In this document: in pieces, positions 35,386 through 45,922 of the stretch
Layout of the letters: each line of letters starts with the position of its first letter
How positions within the stretch are numbered: the stretch's first letter is position 1
Assembly: GCA_016841565.1 (NCBI GenBank)
Contig: JAENYX010000011.1
Span: forward strand, 7,549-71,548
Reading direction: 5' to 3'
From: Clostridium thermobutyricum
Lineage (GTDB): Bacteria > Bacillota > Clostridia > Ch29
Length of the DNA: 64,000 nucleotides
Notes under the pieces: generated by a model
What the model saw: only the letters and a program-made list of their open reading frames with translations
Database searches by the model: none
What the model was told of the DNA's origin: nothing
Translations under genes and position numbers: made by a program

Positions 35386-36849
35386 CTAAACATAATTGTT
35401 TAATATATGATCTATACGGGCTAACAGCTTATCCCTGCCCAGCAGTAAAAAGGTTTTTACCAGATCGGGGCCATGACACTGTCCTGTCACCGCAACTCTA
35501 ACCGGCATAAAAAGCTGCTTACCCTTTATTCCTGTTTCCTTCTGCAGTACCTTGAATATTCCCGAACAGAATTCTTCGTCTATACTCGGTGCTTTTTCTA
35601 TGGTGCTCTTTAGCAGACTTAGCAAACCAGGAACCTGCTCCCCTCTTAGCGCCTCCAACGCCTGGTCGTTTTCAGGAGTAAGCCCATCGTCAAAGAATAT
35701 CCTTACCCTGTCGGTAACATCGGATATTTTAACAAGGCTGTCCTGTACAGTTGCTATCATCAGTTCCAGCCACTCCGCTTTTTCAGTTGCCTGCTGCTGT
35801 GTCAATAACCCCTCTCTAATAAGATATGGCTCAGCCAACCCGGCTATTCTTGCGGTATCGGCTTCTTTTATGTAATGGGCGTTTATCCAGTTCAACTTGT
35901 CTATGTCAAAAACGGGGTTGGCTCTGGTCACTTTGTCCAATCTGAACTGTTCAACAATCTCGTCTCTGCTGAGCAGCTCCCTGTCGCCCTCCGGCGACCA
36001 GCTTAGCAATGCCAGATAGTTGAACAAAGCCTCGGGAAGATACCCTTCCTCCCTGTATTGTCCTATATATGTATTCCCGTGCCTTTTGCTCAGCTTTGTC
36101 CTGTCGGGTCCCAGTATTAAAGGTGCATGGGCAAATGCCGGCTTATCCCATCCCAGAGCATCATATACAAGTATTTGCTTGGGAGTATTGGTAAGATGAT
36201 CTTCTCCCCTTATAACATGTGTAATATCCATTAGATGGTCATCTATAACGGCTGAAAAATTATAGGTAGGCATCCCGTCCGATTTGCGTATAACCATATC
36301 CCCGCCAAGGGTATCCGAATTTATCTCTATCCTGCCCTTAACCATATCCTCAAATATAATCGGTTTGTCGGATGCAATTTTAAATCTGATGGTAGCCGGC
36401 TTTCCTTCCTTCAGGTAGGCTTCAACTTCATCGGAGGTAAGCTTGCGGCACCGCCCCGAATACCTTGGAGAACTGGATTGGCCTGCCGTCTGCTTTTTAT
36501 CAAGCTCCAGCTCTTCAGGGGTACAGAAGCAATAATACGCCTTTCCTTCCCGTATTAACTTTTCATAATACTGGTTGTAAATATCCAGCCTTTCGCTCTG
36601 TCGGTACGGGCTATACTCTCCACCCTTATCAGGGCCTTCGCTCCACTCTATCCCCAACCAGTGCAGCTCTTCGTATATAAGCTTCTCATATTGGGACGAA
36701 GACCGCTGCAAATCGGTGTCCTCAATCCTCAATACCATGGTATTCTTATCTTGGTCGTTTTTAACAAACAGGTAATTAAATAAAGCCGTTCTTATGTTCC
36801 CTATATGGATGGGTCCGGTAGGACTTGGTGCAAACCTTGCTCTTGCCAT
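35386..36849 (-). CDS. gltX: Glutamate--tRNA ligase
   Basis: [12 protein letters not shown]; RIEDTD; KLSKR; ATG after AAGGAGG. Confidence 0.98.
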   Translation of the reverse strand: MARARFAPSPTGPIHIGNIRTALFNYLFVKNDQDKNTMVLRIEDTDLQRSSSQYEKLIYEELHWLGIEWSEGPDKGGEYSPYRQSERLDIYNQYYEKLIREGKAYYCFCTPEELELDKKQTAGQSSSPRYSGRCRKLTSDEVEAYLKEGKPATIRFKIASDKPIIFEDMVKGRIEINSDTLGGDMVIRKSDGMPTYNFSAVIDDHLMDITHVIRGEDHLTNTPKQILVYDALGWDKPAFAHAPLILGPDRTKLSKRHGNTYIGQYREEGYLPEALFNYLALLSWSPEGDRELLSRDEIVEQFRLDKVTRANPVFDIDKLNWINAHYIKEADTARIAGLAEPYLIREGLLTQQQATEKAEWLELMIATVQDSLVKISDVTDRVRIFFDDGLTPENDQALEALRGEQVPGLLSLLKSTIEKAPSIDEEFCSGIFKVLQKETGIKGKQLFMPVRVAVTGQCHGPDLVKTFLLLGRDKLLARIDHILNNYV

Positions 36850-36866
36850 GATTGTTGCCTCCTTAA

Positions 36867-36964
36867 TTGAAATGTGAGAGGTCAGAGGTGTGAGGTGAGA
36901 TTTTGGCATTGCTTTTAAACACTACTAAAATTCTCACATCCCACATCATACATTCCACTTCCCA
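36867..36964. repeat. 98-bp heptamer-repeat hairpin element, copy 3 (diverged)
   Basis: Colinear with copy 1 without gaps; ends 2 nt from gltX RBS. Confidence 0.88.
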
Positions 36965-37159
36965 GATGAATGCCCCCGATTGATAGTCTTTCGGGCCGAA
37001 TTACAGATCACAGTTTTTAGTTAATAGTTCACAACTCGCCGTTTTCAAGGACTAGCTTAATGGAATATTAATTTCAGGTCATAAGTTAGCAGCTTGCGAA
37101 CATTAAACAACGCAACAGTGTTTCCTCCTAAGACTTCCTGATTACTGATGTATTGGAGA

Positions 37160-37250
37160 ATGCGGCGGTTGCAGAACCGTACCCGCATCCCACAGACACA
37201 GACACAAGAACCGTCCCCGTGTCTTTCCGTGTCTTCTCCCCGTGTCTTTC
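37160..37250. repeat. REP-like palindrome cluster
   Basis: GACACAAGAACCGTCCCCGTGTC hairpin, degenerate AGAACCGTACCC copy, three tandem CCGTGTCTT units. Confidence 0.7.
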
Positions 37251-37256
37251 TGCTAT

Positions 37257-37286
37257 ATTATACCACTTGCTCTTCCGTCTCTTCAA
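37257..37286 (-). promoter_or_regulatory. Putative sigma-A promoter for gltX-cysS operon
   Basis: TTGAAG-N18-TATAAT with TG extension. Confidence 0.55.
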
Positions 37287-37331
37287 CCTTAGCAATGGGA
37301 CATTATGGGTACTTCCGACCAATACTCCGGC

Positions 37332-37808
37332 CTAAGCCGGTGACAGTAATACTGCCGCCTGGGCTGCTATACCCTCTCCCCTTCCGGCAAAACCCATACC
37401 CTCGGTTGTTGTAGCCTTCACGCTTACACAGGATATATCCATGTCGAGACTCCGGGCTATATTGCTCTCCATCCGGGGAATATATACCCGCATTTTTGGC
37501 CGCTCTGCAATTATTATACTGTCAACATTACAGATCCTATACCCCGCATTATAAAGTTTGTCCCTTACCTCTCCAAGTAATACCAAGCTGTCAATCCCCG
37601 CAAAAGTCCCATTGGTATCGGGAAAATGTTCCCCTATGTCTCCCATGGCTGCCGCACCAAGCAAAGCATCCATAATGGCATGCACCAGTACATCGGCATC
37701 CGAATGGCCTTCCAGACCCTTATGGTACTCAATGTTTACTCCGCCTATTATAAGTGCTCTCCCCTCAATAAGCCTGTGGGCATCATACCCTATCCCTATT
37801 CTGTTCAA
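37332..37808 (-). CDS. ispF: 2-C-methyl-D-erythritol 2,4-cyclodiphosphate synthase
   Basis: RIGIGYDAH; GHSDADVLVHA; KATTTEGMGF. Confidence 0.97.
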   Translation of the reverse strand: MNRIGIGYDAHRLIEGRALIIGGVNIEYHKGLEGHSDADVLVHAIMDALLGAAAMGDIGEHFPDTNGTFAGIDSLVLLGEVRDKLYNAGYRICNVDSIIIAERPKMRVYIPRMESNIARSLDMDISCVSVKATTTEGMGFAGRGEGIAAQAAVLLSPA

Positions 37809-37810
37809 AA

Positions 37811-38512
37811 TCAACTCCTCCCTTCCATAAGGATACCGGCCAAAAGGAGATCCTCCGGGGTGGTAATTTTTATGTTGTCATATCTGCCTCCATACAGTTT
37901 AGCGCTATATCCATAATTCTCAAGAAGCGCCAAATCATCGGTAGCCTCTATGCCCTCCCGGGCCGCTCTCCTATGGACCTCTTTGATGGCCTCGCACAGG
38001 AAACACTGCGGAGTTTGAACCGCCCTAAGCTTTTCTCTTTCAAGGGTTCTTTCCACCACTTCTCCCCTGCCCACCATTTTCACAGTATCCTTGACCGGTA
38101 CAGCACAGGCCGTTCCGTCCAGGCCTTGCTCCAAGAGCAGCTCTATTCCCTCCTCAATCAGGCCGGGATGGATAATGGGACGCGCTCCGTCATGTATTAT
38201 CACAATCCCGTCTTCAACGGCTTCCAGCCCCCGGGACACCGATTGCTGCCGGGTCGGTCCCCCCGGCAAAACATCCGTCACCTTTGTTAAAGAGAATTTG
38301 CTTACTATGTTTTCCCTGCAGTGGGCAATATCCTCCCGGCCGGAAACTACAACAACAGCATCCACCAACTCACATTTTTGAAAAGCGGCCAGTGTATGGG
38401 CAAGAACCGGCTTATCCTTCAGCACAAGAAACTGTTTATTTGTCGGGCTTTTCATCCTGCTGCCTTTGCCCGCTGCCGCAATTACGGCAGTAACCTTGTA
38501 ACTCCTGTACAT
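37811..38512 (-). CDS. ispD: 2-C-methyl-D-erythritol 4-phosphate cytidylyltransferase
   Basis: AAGKGSRM..NKQF; IHDGARP; QTPQ; NIKITTPEDL. Confidence 0.97.
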   Translation of the reverse strand: MYRSYKVTAVIAAAGKGSRMKSPTNKQFLVLKDKPVLAHTLAAFQKCELVDAVVVVSGREDIAHCRENIVSKFSLTKVTDVLPGGPTRQQSVSRGLEAVEDGIVIIHDGARPIIHPGLIEEGIELLLEQGLDGTACAVPVKDTVKMVGRGEVVERTLEREKLRAVQTPQCFLCEAIKEVHRRAAREGIEATDDLALLENYGYSAKLYGGRYDNIKITTPEDLLLAGILMEGRS

Positions 38513-38574
38513 AATATTGTCACCTCTGGAAAAGAAAATTCGTCATTCTATGGACCAATCCCTTTTCTGACATT

Positions 38575-38602
38575 AAAAAAACTCTGCCCCTAAAGGCAGA
38601 GT
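38575..38602 (-). terminator. Intrinsic terminator after yacL
   Basis: ACTCTGCC / GGCAGAGT stem then T-run. Confidence 0.75.
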
Positions 38603-38604
38603 CT

Positions 38605-39720
38605 TTAAACGGCTTTATTATCCAAGGCATTTTTGGGCTTTGCAAATATCATCCTGCCGGCAGCTGTCTGAAGTACGCTGGTAACCATTACTCCGATTGA
38701 TTCTCCGATGTGTTTTTTGCCTCCGTCTACTACAATCATGGTTCCATCATCCAGATAAGCTACTCCCTGCCCGGATTCCTTCCCATCCTTGATAACCTGT
38801 ACAACCATTTCTTCTCCCGGCAGTACTACAGGCTTAACAGCATTAGCCAGTTCATTGATGTTCAGGACAGGCACTCCCTGAAATTCCGCCACCTTGTTTA
38901 GGTTAAAGTCATTTGTAACCACCTTGCCCCTTAGCATCTGCGCAAGCTTAAGGAGTTTGGTGTCCACTTCGGCTGTATCATCAAAGGGCTTATCATATAT
39001 CTGAACAGGGATATCAAGCTCCTTCTGTATTTTATTGAGTATGTCCAAGCCTCTCCTACCCCTGTTGCGTTTCAAGGTATCAGACGAATCGGCAATATGT
39101 CTCAGTTCCTCCAGAACAAATCCCGGTATTATTAGAGGTCCTTCAACAAACCCGGTCTTGCATATATCGGCGATCCTCCCGTCAATTATAACGCTGGTAT
39201 CCAGAATCTTGGGTTTAACAGTTCCTTCGTTCTTATGCGATCTCTCCTTTATACCCAGCTTTTTGAGGGATTGGACTACAGCTCCCAGATCATCCGTTTT
39301 CCTTGTGGCAATTCTAATTCCCAGATAACCCAACGCTATATTGACCAATACCATAACAATACTGCCCAGCCAGGGAATGGGTATAATAGCAAGCGGTCTA
39401 ATGAACAGATTCGCTATTATTAACCCTAGTATCAGCCCCACCGATCCCAACAGTATGTCGCTGGTGGGAATGGTCTGTAAAGTATTTTCAATAATTCCTG
39501 TAGCCTTCCAACCCAATTTAATAATCCAGGGAGAAATCAGAAAGAAAATGAAGCCGAATAGTAAAGCACCTATCACGTAGTAGACAATACTTGCTGTTCC
39601 TTCCGGCAGTATCCCGAAAATCTTGTTTACCGCCAGCACATCTCCCAAAACGTAGGCCAGTTGATAGCCAATAACTATCCCAGCCGTAGTCAATAATCCC
39701 CTAATTAACTTTTTTACCAT
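38605..39720 (-). CDS. yacL: PIN/TRAM-domain membrane protein (YacL family)
   Basis: N-terminal TMs; [12 protein letters not shown]; [14 protein letters not shown]; QTAAGRMIF. Confidence 0.93.
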   Translation of the reverse strand: MVKKLIRGLLTTAGIVIGYQLAYVLGDVLAVNKIFGILPEGTASIVYYVIGALLFGFIFFLISPWIIKLGWKATGIIENTLQTIPTSDILLGSVGLILGLIIANLFIRPLAIIPIPWLGSIVMVLVNIALGYLGIRIATRKTDDLGAVVQSLKKLGIKERSHKNEGTVKPKILDTSVIIDGRIADICKTGFVEGPLIIPGFVLEELRHIADSSDTLKRNRGRRGLDILNKIQKELDIPVQIYDKPFDDTAEVDTKLLKLAQMLRGKVVTNDFNLNKVAEFQGVPVLNINELANAVKPVVLPGEEMVVQVIKDGKESGQGVAYLDDGTMIVVDGGKKHIGESIGVMVTSVLQTAAGRMIFAKPKNALDNKAV

Positions 39721-39845
39721 TAACTCTTACTCACCTCCTTCTTTGATTATTGCCACTTATACTTATTTTATAACCTAATATAGTCACCCTGCAATATTAA
39801 ACATAAAAAAGTCTTAAACATGACATTTATTTTTTTGTGCCGGCC

Positions 39846-39989
39846 TATATACAACACACTAATAGCATTACATTTCTTTATCTGTCATTTAAGAGAGCCA
39901 AGCCCGAAGAATCTGATTTGGAGGTAGAGCCTTCGCTATGCTCAGGATGACTCGCTAGGAGATGTAAAGCTTTAAATGCGTTATATATA
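39846..39989 (-). mobile_element. TATA-ended MITE-like element with internal REP-like doublet, copy A
   Basis: Imperfect terminal IR TATATACAACACACT / AATGCGTTATATATA; reverse complement aligns end to end with copies B and C. Confidence 0.8.
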
Positions 39990-40024
39990 AATGCCTAAAA
40001 AAATTTAGCGCCCCTAGAGACGCT

Positions 40025-40501
40025 TCAATTTATAATCCCTTCTATCATTGTTTCAATCTCCACCTCATCCATATTCTTAACCAGCACCAACTCACTCACC
40101 AGTATTTGTTTGGCATTGTTGAGCATTTTTCTTTCCCCGGTGGACAGCCCTTTTTCTTTATCTCTTAGCATGAGGTTGCGGACTACATCGGCAACCTCCA
40201 TTATGTCACCGCTCTTTATTTTATCCATATTAACCCGGTACCGACGGTTCCAGTTGTTTGGCATGGTGGTTCTACTCTCTCCCAAAACAGCTACTACCAA
40301 ATCCACCTGCTCCTTATCAATTACCTCCCGCAGGCCTATTTCGCTAACACTTTCAAGGGGTATCATGACTTTCATGTTCCCTATGGGCATTCTCATAATA
40401 TAATACTTTTGCTTGTTGCCAAGGATTTCTTTCTCTTCTATTGATTCGATGATACCTGCACCATGCATCGGATACACTACTTTGTCTCCTATATTGAACA
40501 T
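40025..40501 (-). CDS. carD: CarD-family transcription regulator
   Basis: MFNIGDKVVYPMHGAG; NWNRRYR; LSTGERKML. Confidence 0.96.
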   Translation of the reverse strand: MFNIGDKVVYPMHGAGIIESIEEKEILGNKQKYYIMRMPIGNMKVMIPLESVSEIGLREVIDKEQVDLVVAVLGESRTTMPNNWNRRYRVNMDKIKSGDIMEVADVVRNLMLRDKEKGLSTGERKMLNNAKQILVSELVLVKNMDEVEIETMIEGIIN

Positions 40502-40539
40502 ATATATATACCTCCATTAATTAGCCCATACTATAATAT

Positions 40540-40608
40540 ATTTTACTACACATAGTGCAAATTGTCAATGAAACAAATATTTTAACACATAAGTCTCTCC
40601 TATGTCAA
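40540..40608 (-). promoter_or_regulatory. Tandem sigma-A promoters of carD
   Basis: TTGACA-N18-TAAAAT (40579-40608) and TTGACA-N17-TAAAAT (40540-40568). Confidence 0.7.
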
Positions 40609-40663
40609 CAATATGTTATAAACAAATCCTCAGGGGTAAATTACAAGTTTAATGCCTTACATA

Positions 40664-41326
40664 TTATGGCATCCTCTGGTTGTGTTGCCGTCCCATTGGC
40701 AGATTTATATCCGACTGTTTCCGCTGCTTTACCAATTTTATCCTGAAAAATTCTTCCCGCTCCTTTTCCTCCAATACCTCCCGGATGGTCTTTAGCTGCT
40801 TCTTATAACGGGGAATTTGTATTTTTTCCAGCGCATTAGCTCTCTTCTGAGTTTTCTTGATCTCCATAGCCAGCTTATAGACCGAATTTTCCACTTCGGC
40901 CAGTTGGTATACAAGGTATTTCACTTGTTTGAAGCTGATAAGGGCTATATCCAGTGCAGGATTTGTCCTGAAGAAGCCATAGTAGGTCTCTATCCGGCTT
41001 TCTTCATACTTTATGGTTGGGATTTCCGCCCCCATTATACTGGACATAAGGATTTCAAATTCCTCCAGGATGGGGATCGATACGGCAATTTCTTCAACAT
41101 TGAATACTCCCAGACTGATGTTAACCACCTGTAATGCCTCATAAGCTTTGCCAAAGGTGGTTGAAATGGCATTCTGTATATCCCTGGCTCTGTCCATAAG
41201 ACCCATCATTTCGGTGATTAAAACGTTTCTTTTTTTATCCAGCAGCTCAAAACCCTTTTCCGAAAACTCCAGAAGGCTTTTTGTCTTCATTAAACTGGCC
41301 TTTGTGGGCACAACTCCCGTCTGCAT
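40664..41326 (-). CDS. ntpD: V/A-type ATPase subunit D
   Basis: PTKASL..GFELLDKKRNVL; KTQKRANALE..IP. Confidence 0.94.
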   Translation of the reverse strand: MQTGVVPTKASLMKTKSLLEFSEKGFELLDKKRNVLITEMMGLMDRARDIQNAISTTFGKAYEALQVVNISLGVFNVEEIAVSIPILEEFEILMSSIMGAEIPTIKYEESRIETYYGFFRTNPALDIALISFKQVKYLVYQLAEVENSVYKLAMEIKKTQKRANALEKIQIPRYKKQLKTIREVLEEKEREEFFRIKLVKQRKQSDINLPMGRQHNQRMP

Positions 41327-41331
41327 CCTTA

Positions 41332-42705
41332 TCACCCTTTGTAGTATTTTTTCAACATACCGGTGCTAATTCTGTCCAGCTCTTCAACAGGCAGTATGGA
41401 CAATACCTTCCACGCCAGGTCAAGAGTCTCAAATATATCCCTGCCCTGGTTAAACCCCTGGGTGATGAATGCCGCTTCGAATTCTCTGCCGAATTTCAAG
41501 TGTTTTCTATCGGTAAGCGGTAAATCCTCCTCACCAACAATCTGAGCTAAAGCCCTGAGATCCTGAACCCTTGAATAGGAAGCAAACAGCTGATCGGCCA
41601 CCTCCGGATGGTCTTCTCTTGTATAACCCTCGCCAATGCCATCCTTCATAAGTCTGGAAAGAGAAGGCAGGATATTCACAGGGGGGTAAATGTTCTTCTG
41701 AAACAGCTCCCTGTCCAATACAATTTGGCCCTCGGTAATATAGCCTGTTAAGTCGGGTATGGGATGAGTAATATCGTCGTTTGGCATGGTAAGAATTGGC
41801 AGTAAAGTGATGGAACCGCTGCTCCCTTTCACCATACCTGCCCGTTCATACAAAGATGCCAGGTCGGAATAAAGGTATCCGGGATAACCCTTCCTGCCAG
41901 GCACCTCTTCCCTTGCGGCCGACACTTCTCTGAGTGCTTCACAGTAGTTGGTGATATCGGTCATTATTACCAGTATGTGCATTCCTTCTTCAAAAGCAAG
42001 ATACTCTGCCGCCGTCAAAGCACATCTTGGAGTGCTCACCCGCTCAACAATGGGGTGACTGGCAAGATTTACGTACATGACCACCTTCTCCATCACCCCT
42101 GCTTCTTCAAAACTTTTCCTGAAGTAATGGGCGTCATCATTCTTCACACCAATGGCAACAAATACAATGGCAAATTTCTGGTCACTTTCAGAGCTCAGCC
42201 GGGCATGTCTAACCACTTGAGCCGCCAGCTCATTATGGGAAATTCCGCTCCCTGAGAATATGGGAAGCTTTTGCCCTCGAATAAGGGTAACCAGACAGTC
42301 TATGGAAGAAACCCCTGTCTGTATATAATTTCTCGGGTACTCACGGGCGACGGGATTCATAGGTCTTCCGTTAATGTTATATGTTTTTCCGCCATATACA
42401 TCCCCGCCGCCGTCCATGGGCCGGCCCACACCATTGAAGGTCCTTCCCAGAACGTCGATGGAAAGGGATATCTCGAAGGGTTTTCCGGTAAAACGTATGG
42501 AGGTATTATTGGTGGAAATTCCTGATGTACCCTCAAATACCTGGGCGACAATTTTGTCTTCTTCAATTCTGATTACCTTGCCAATCCTTTTCCGGCCGTT
42601 ACCAAGGCTAATCTCCAGAATCTCTCCATAGGCTGCTTCGGTTACTCCCGATAGGATTATCAGGGGTCCCTCAACTTTATCCAATAATAAGTATTCTTTC
42701 TTCAA
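41332..42705 (-). CDS. ntpB: V/A-type ATPase subunit B
   Basis: [12 protein letters not shown]; [13 protein letters not shown]; [14 protein letters not shown]; start uncertain (42705 or 42726). Confidence 0.96.
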   Translation of the reverse strand: MKKEYLLLDKVEGPLIILSGVTEAAYGEILEISLGNGRKRIGKVIRIEEDKIVAQVFEGTSGISTNNTSIRFTGKPFEISLSIDVLGRTFNGVGRPMDGGGDVYGGKTYNINGRPMNPVAREYPRNYIQTGVSSIDCLVTLIRGQKLPIFSGSGISHNELAAQVVRHARLSSESDQKFAIVFVAIGVKNDDAHYFRKSFEEAGVMEKVVMYVNLASHPIVERVSTPRCALTAAEYLAFEEGMHILVIMTDITNYCEALREVSAAREEVPGRKGYPGYLYSDLASLYERAGMVKGSSGSITLLPILTMPNDDITHPIPDLTGYITEGQIVLDRELFQKNIYPPVNILPSLSRLMKDGIGEGYTREDHPEVADQLFASYSRVQDLRALAQIVGEEDLPLTDRKHLKFGREFEAAFITQGFNQGRDIFETLDLAWKVLSILPVEELDRISTGMLKKYYKG

Positions 42706-42732
42706 AGGGTTCACATCCTGCCTCATCTGATT

Positions 42733-44502
42733 TTACTGGTATTTCTCAAACAGAGCATTGTAATAGCCGTCAATTCTCCCGGCAAGCTTGTCCAGGCCGC
42801 TTAAATCTTCATTGGGAATATTGTATTTCATCTTTATCACTTCATTGAACAACTGTCGGTCCCTGACTCGGGAAATTGGAATTCCTTTCTTGATGGCTGT
42901 CAGTGCATTCCGGTATAAATGCTCAATCAGTTTGAGCATTCCGTACTGCTTTTTCAAAGGGACAAAGGTATCCTCCCGGTGAAAAGCATTCTGCTGCAGA
43001 AATCCCATCCTGAGCACCTTGGAAATTTCCAGAATCAGTCGCTGCTCATCCGGCAGTACGTCCTCGCCCACAAGCTGAACAATTTCCTGCAGTTTGTTTT
43101 CCTGATTCAGTATCCTCAACATTTTTCCCCTAAGCTCCATCACATCCGAGCCGACATTTTCTTTATACCATTCTGTCAGAGCTCCAATATATCCGCTGTA
43201 GCTGGTCAGCCAGTTGACCGAAGGAAAATGTCTTTCATATGCCAGCTTCCGGTCCAGGGCTATAAATGCATTGACGTAACGCTTTGTATTTTCTGTTACC
43301 GGCTCGGAAAAATCCCCTCCGGCCGGTGAAACGGCTCCAATAATTGTAATGGACGCTTCCTGCCCTCCGAGGGTAGTCACATAACCTGCTCTTTCATAAA
43401 ATTGCGCCAGCCTGGTTGGAAGATAAGCCGGATAACCCTCCTCGGCAGGCATTTCCTCCAACCTCCCGGATATCTCCCGTAGCGCTTCTGCCCACCGGGA
43501 AGTGGAATCCGCCATAACTGCAACATGGTACCCCATGTCCCTGTAGTATTCCGCTATGGTAACCCCGGTATAAATACTGGATTCTCTTGCCGCTACCGGC
43601 ATATTGGAGGTATTTGCAATTAATACGGTCCTTTCCATAATAGACCTGTTGGTTCTGGGGTCAATTATTTCCGGAAAGTCCTCCAGTACCTCTGTCATTT
43701 CATTCCCCCGCTCGCCACAGCCTATATACACAATAATATCGGCATCCGACCATTTTGCCAGCTGATGCTGGGTCATGGTTTTTCCCGTTCCAAACCCTCC
43801 CGGTATTGCCGCCGTTCCGCCCTTGGCTACCGGAAAGAATATATCCAGTACGCGCTGTCCCGTTACAAGGGGCCTTTCCGAAGCAAGCCTTTCATTAACC
43901 GGTCTGGGATCCCTGACCGGCCATTCCTGATACATGGCCAAGGAATGCTCCCTGCCTTCCGCATCCTTAACAACCACCAATTGCTCCTCAATATTATAGC
44001 TGCCGTCTTCTCTTACCCAAACCACCCGGCCGGAAATCCCGGGAGGGACAATAAGCCTGTGTACTATAAGGGTTGTTTCCCTGACCTCGCCGTAAACCTG
44101 CCCCGGTTCTATTTCATCTTCCACTCTGACTTGAAATGTTACGCTCCATGTCTTTCGGGTGTCAATGGATATAAGCCCGATGCCCTCGGGAATAAAGCCA
44201 TGGCACACCTTGTCAATCTCTATCAGCGGTCTCTCGATCCCGTCAAAAATATTTCCTATAAGACCTGGCCCCAGCTTCAGAGACAGGGGTTTTCCTGTGG
44301 GTATGATTTGTTCCTGACATTTCAGACCTTCTGTTTCTTCATAAACCTGAATGGTGCCAAAATCTCCGTCCAGAGCGATGACTTCACCTATCAGTTTTCT
44401 GCTTCCGGCCATTACCATTTCACGTATTTTAAAACTGGCCATGTTTCTGCCCTTGACCACAGGACCATTAATCATTGTAATAATTCCTACCCGGTTATTC
44501 AA
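42733..44502 (-). CDS. ntpA: V/A-type ATPase subunit A
   Basis: GGFGTGKT P-loop; GCGERGNEM; [13 protein letters not shown]; TTG start overlapping subunit E stop. Confidence 0.97.
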   Translation of the reverse strand: MNNRVGIITMINGPVVKGRNMASFKIREMVMAGSRKLIGEVIALDGDFGTIQVYEETEGLKCQEQIIPTGKPLSLKLGPGLIGNIFDGIERPLIEIDKVCHGFIPEGIGLISIDTRKTWSVTFQVRVEDEIEPGQVYGEVRETTLIVHRLIVPPGISGRVVWVREDGSYNIEEQLVVVKDAEGREHSLAMYQEWPVRDPRPVNERLASERPLVTGQRVLDIFFPVAKGGTAAIPGGFGTGKTMTQHQLAKWSDADIIVYIGCGERGNEMTEVLEDFPEIIDPRTNRSIMERTVLIANTSNMPVAARESSIYTGVTIAEYYRDMGYHVAVMADSTSRWAEALREISGRLEEMPAEEGYPAYLPTRLAQFYERAGYVTTLGGQEASITIIGAVSPAGGDFSEPVTENTKRYVNAFIALDRKLAYERHFPSVNWLTSYSGYIGALTEWYKENVGSDVMELRGKMLRILNQENKLQEIVQLVGEDVLPDEQRLILEISKVLRMGFLQQNAFHREDTFVPLKKQYGMLKLIEHLYRNALTAIKKGIPISRVRDRQLFNEVIKMKYNIPNEDLSGLDKLAGRIDGYYNALFEKYQ

Positions 44503-45136
44503 ACCTATCACCTGCTTTTCCGAGGACATTATACAACTTCTGCCCAATCAATTGCCGTTGCTCCTGGAGCAAGGCGGTAATCGAGCAATCCGCACTAAGG
44601 GTTCTTTGTGTATTGCCGGCCACTATCCCTCCTATTATATCCTCCCGGCAAGCCGAGATATCAATTTGCTCCCTCTGAAACCCGCTTCTCTCTCCCTGTT
44701 CATAGATGATTTCCTTAAACCTCCCGACGTCCTTTTGGGTTGCCAGCAGCCGTATACCGTCTTCCCGCCCAAATGCTGAGACGGCTTTGGCAACACATTC
44801 CGCAAAAAAGCTCTCATAGGCTTCCTGCTCTGTAAACCTTACGGCTCTGTTCCTTATGTCTTCGGCAAGCCGGTCCATCAATTGCTGTTTCTTATTAAGT
44901 ATTTTCTTTCTCTTCTCCTGTTTTGCCTTAGAAATTGCTTTGTTTTTCTGTGCCTGGCCTTTCCTGGTCAGGTCTTGGATTATCTTTTCACCTTCCTGCC
45001 TGATTGAAGCCCTGTGCTGTTCAATAATTTCATGGTTTTTTCCTTTTACCTCGGCCAGCTTTTGTTCAAATTCCCGCTGGGCTTTCCCCACCACCAGACC
45101 GGCAAACACCTTAAGTTTTTCTTCAATGGTAATCAT
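44495..45136 (-). CDS. ntpE: V/A-type ATPase subunit E
   Basis: Coiled-coil N-terminus, C-terminal IIGGIV motif, operon position. Confidence 0.85.
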   Translation of the reverse strand: MITIEEKLKVFAGLVVGKAQREFEQKLAEVKGKNHEIIEQHRASIRQEGEKIIQDLTRKGQAQKNKAISKAKQEKRKKILNKKQQLMDRLAEDIRNRAVRFTEQEAYESFFAECVAKAVSAFGREDGIRLLATQKDVGRFKEIIYEQGERSGFQREQIDISACREDIIGGIVAGNTQRTLSADCSITALLQEQRQLIGQKLYNVLGKAGDRFE

Positions 45137-45146
45137 ACAATACACC

Positions 45147-45452
45147 TCATATCTTAAGCCCTATGGCTTCCCTTATATACCTGGTAATATAGTCTCCCCT
45201 GCCCGGACCCTGTTTGTCGGGAATTTCAACAATCAGAGGATAGTCCCTTTGCATCTTTGCCTCCATTATCTCCTTCTCAGCCATTTCCATAACCGACTGG
45301 GTTACAATAAGTATTTGTATCTCGGCATTCTCCAAAGCCTTGTACAGCTGCTCCAGGACTTCCTGCCTGTTTCCTACCGGCACACCTTTTATCCCGGCCA
45401 GCCTCATACCAATCAAAGTGTCCTGATTGTCACTTATCAAGAAAGATTTCAT
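45147..45452 (-). CDS. V/A-type ATPase subunit F
   Basis: ISDNQDTLIGMRLAGI; PLIVEIPD; IREAIG. Confidence 0.92.
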   Translation of the reverse strand: MKSFLISDNQDTLIGMRLAGIKGVPVGNRQEVLEQLYKALENAEIQILIVTQSVMEMAEKEIMEAKMQRDYPLIVEIPDKQGPGRGDYITRYIREAIGLKI

Positions 45453-45461
45453 ACCGTCCCC

Positions 45462-45884
45462 CTACAATCTGCCCAGAATTAAAATAGAGATGATTAATCC
45501 GTAGATGGCAATCCCTTCTGCCAGCCCCACAAAAATCAGCGTCTTACCGAGTATCCTGGGGTCTTCAGATACAGCGCCCAGAGCCGAAGAACCAACAGCC
45601 CCCACGGCATAACCGGCTCCCAGTGTGGCCAGACCGGTACTCAGCGCTGCTGCAATAAAACCAAACCCCGAGGGTGAAACACCATTTTCTCCAACGGCAG
45701 CCGCCACATCCGGCACCAGGACAATAACCGCCATGCTCATAAGGGGTATAAAGGCCCAAAGATTTGTCCGGAGCGCCTTTTTTATTTTTGCTTTATCGGC
45801 ATTCTGCCGTGTACTGATTAGGAAAATACCCGTCCCTATGGTTGAAAGTACGACAATAATAGAAGATGTAAGCATCCATTTCAT
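45462..45884 (-). CDS. ntpK: V/A-type ATPase proteolipid (subunit K/c)
   Basis: GAGYAVG..GSSALGA..EDP...VGLAEGIAIYG. Confidence 0.92.
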   Translation of the reverse strand: MKWMLTSSIIVVLSTIGTGIFLISTRQNADKAKIKKALRTNLWAFIPLMSMAVIVLVPDVAAAVGENGVSPSGFGFIAAALSTGLATLGAGYAVGAVGSSALGAVSEDPRILGKTLIFVGLAEGIAIYGLIISILILGRL

Positions 45885-45922
45885 TTCAAACCCTCCAATC
45901 AATTTAGTTCCAAAGCTTCTGA

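Noticed and set aside
36850-36909. N-terminal extension of GltX (MPKSHLTPLTSH...)
   Set aside because: Translation of the heptamer repeat; the RBS supports 36849.
37057-37188. Short minus-strand ORF containing ILQYISNQE, like the IS200 TnpA YIxNQ motif
   Set aside because: No HUH motif, spacing to the nearby LWxxG is wrong and out of frame; probably chance, a BLASTx would settle it.
37128-37322. 64-aa minus-strand ORF
   Set aside because: Runs across the promoter and REP-like repeats; likely spurious.
36965-37331. T-box riboswitch upstream of gltX/cysS
   Set aside because: No T-box consensus or terminator/antiterminator pair found.
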